A stretch of DNA of 64,000 bases from Vicugna vicugna (taxonomy: Eukaryota): positions 4,832,792-4,896,791 of the forward strand of contig MU058384.1 of NCBI GenBank assembly GCA_013265495.1. The letters run 5' to 3'. A model generated the notes under the pieces. That model had not been told where the DNA came from, made no database searches, and worked only from the letters and a program-made list of their open reading frames with translations. Position 1 is the first letter of the stretch; the number at the start of each line of letters is the position of its first letter. Of this stretch, positions 61,801-64,000 are shown piece after piece. A program made the position numbers and the translations under genes.

Positions 61801-64000
61801 TAGACTGTTCTCTGCGTTGTGTGTTTTTTTTCCTGAAGAGGGATGGCCCTGGTAGGGGAATGATACCGTCTGGTCACCCCTTCGCATGCCTGCCTGGTGT
61901 AGATATGACAGGATTCTCTGCTGGGAGATTTGAGGTCAGTTCTTTCTTGAACACCCTCCCCCTGTAAACAAGACTTCCAAGACCACCTTCGGCGTGTGTT
62001 TGTCATCCTCTTCTGGAAGCCACAGACCTGCCATTCTGCAAACTTAGAGCACAGAGACATACAGAAACGATCACTGCTCCAGCTCCCTCCAATCCAGAGA
62101 AAGAAAAAAATGTAGTTTTTTTGGCCAAAGTAGATTTTCGTATGTAGTGATAACTTCTTTGTCAGTTCATATCGGTGTCAAAGAATGATCCTCTCTTAAC
62201 TTGATGTGTATAAATTGATGCAGATGTTAAGTGGCTGGTGTTGAGGATGGACCTCAGTAAACAGGCTCCTTCTTACTGAGGGGGTGGAGATTTTGCCCCT
62301 AAAAAGTGAAATCAACATTATGTCTGTGTCCTCAGCCTTGCCCGTTTCCTTTGGAAGGTCAGAGCTCAGACTACAAACAGGAGGAACCACAGGGGCCTGG
62401 GAACCTCGAATCTGGAAGTGTTCATGAGAAGGGAAAAGTTGCAAGTGATAAAGAATAGGATCTGTCCTGCTTGGTGGAAGCAGAGGTGAGGAACCAGGCA
62501 GGCCAGGGGCAGTGCTTCCAGCCCAGTTACCAACGGGCTGCCTGCAAACACTTGATGTTCTTTGTATTTTCTCCAGTGATTGTCTTTCCCTTTATCCTTG
62601 CTATTGAAAATGTACCCTATCCAGAGGACCTCAGAAGTTTGTTGCTTGGGCCTAAGTTTTAGGGAAAAAAGCAACCACAGAAGCCCAACTGAATAACCCA
62701 AGGGAAAAGTGAACAAGAGCCAGTGTAGAAATGGTTCCATATCCTCCCACTCTTCTCCACTGGAAAAGCTCTTTTCAGAGTCCTTCTGTGTAAAACTGGA
62801 AATGGGAGACAGAGGGAGAGATGAAAACATAAAAACAAAGACCCTTTTTTCACACACCACAGTTAAGGAACATGTCCAGGATCACAGAATCCAGGGGCAG
62901 CCCCTTGCCTCCTACTTCTGATTCTCCTCTTCCTACTGCTCTTTACCAGGTTACATTTTCACTCTTTAATTAGGGTGTATTATTACACCCTAACTCTGAA
63001 AAAGTCCTAAATTTTCTCTACCTCTGACATAACTAAAAGTAAATGTCCCATATAGAGCATGGTCTGCATTCAGGTAAGTTCACCTTTAGAACTGGCTTAT
63101 TGCCAGTGATGAATCTGAATAAGTGAAGGCTGAAAGTAGGAAAACATGTAAACGAGGTGACATCAGAGACTTCTCGGTGCATGCATGGTCAGGTGGTTTT
63201 CTTTGATTGTTGGTTTTTCACTATATTGACAACTGGATGCTGATAGGGACTGATTCTTGTTAACATATCAATAGCAGGCTTTACTGACTACTTGCCTAAA
63301 TATATTTTTATAACTCAGCATCATCAATAGTTTTAACACTTACCCTGTTTTTTTCAAAGTGTTGTGATCACATCAGTTATTCACCAGCTAATCCCTGAAA
63401 GTCGGGCGTTGGACAGGGGCTGGGTGAACGGTCGGACCCGGCGCCTCAACTCTTCCACTCTGGGTTTCACCTTGAAATTGTCATGTGTGTATTGCCACTA
63501 TCACCCCACAGTGCTTTTCAGAGGACCCCACACACACACATTACTAACCTTGAGCCTCATAACAATCTTTGTTAAGCCAAAGGGGCATTAGTCCCCCATT
63601 TTTCAAACCAATCACAAGGAGGTAAGTCGACTCGCCCAACAACAATTGGTCAGAGTCCAGCCATCCTCCTGCCAGGGCTATGCTCTTTCCAACGAGGAAT
63701 ACTCTTCACTAACATCTGAAAAATGAGGAAATAAGCTCTATGGAAAGCCAATGGATGTCCCCTGTACAGGGGCAACATTACTTAATAATACTAATTTAGC
63801 CACGTGTCTTTTCAGATCAGCTCATGATCTTCTGTGGTCAGCTATAAAGTGTTTGTGTTTTTGCTGCTGTCCTGTATCTTAAAGTATTTCTTACATACAA
63901 GAACTTCAAATGTGAAGGTATAACAGAGTCCAAATAAGAGCATGTGAAAAAAATGTTTTTATTGTGATTTGTAGGTGGAAGAGAAAAGAGACGTGCAGAA

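Noticed and set aside
62366..62860. 164-aa minus-strand ORF
   Set aside because: No recognisable domain or supporting exon structure. Likely a chance ORF.

Overview
Mammalian, repeat-rich genomic DNA, most likely a camelid given two tRNA-Ala-derived vic-1-type SINEs. The window holds the 3' end of AHI1 (jouberin) on the + strand: SH3 exon 17104-17266, further coding exons 20593-20693, 41848-41897 and 53929-54031, and a terminal exon that begins with the TAA stop at 57143, followed by a 3' UTR to about 58870. The introns hold many L1, L2, MIR, MLT1 and MER elements. At 11.2-15 kb there is a retro-insertion cluster: a TSD-flanked RHOQ processed pseudogene, then a composite of an L1 5' region, an MLT1 fragment, a decayed BTRC (beta-TrCP1) retrocopy carrying a non-canonical ~155-nt segment in place of exon 2, and a second MLT1. 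Other points of interest are a perfect tailless 5'-half tRNA-Gly(TCC) retropseudogene, apparent L2 origin of the last AHI1 coding exon and its splice sites, and an in-frame cryptic donor inside an AHI1 exon. Gene and repeat family calls come from recalled sequences read by eye, not database searches, so repeat boundaries and subfamilies are approximate.
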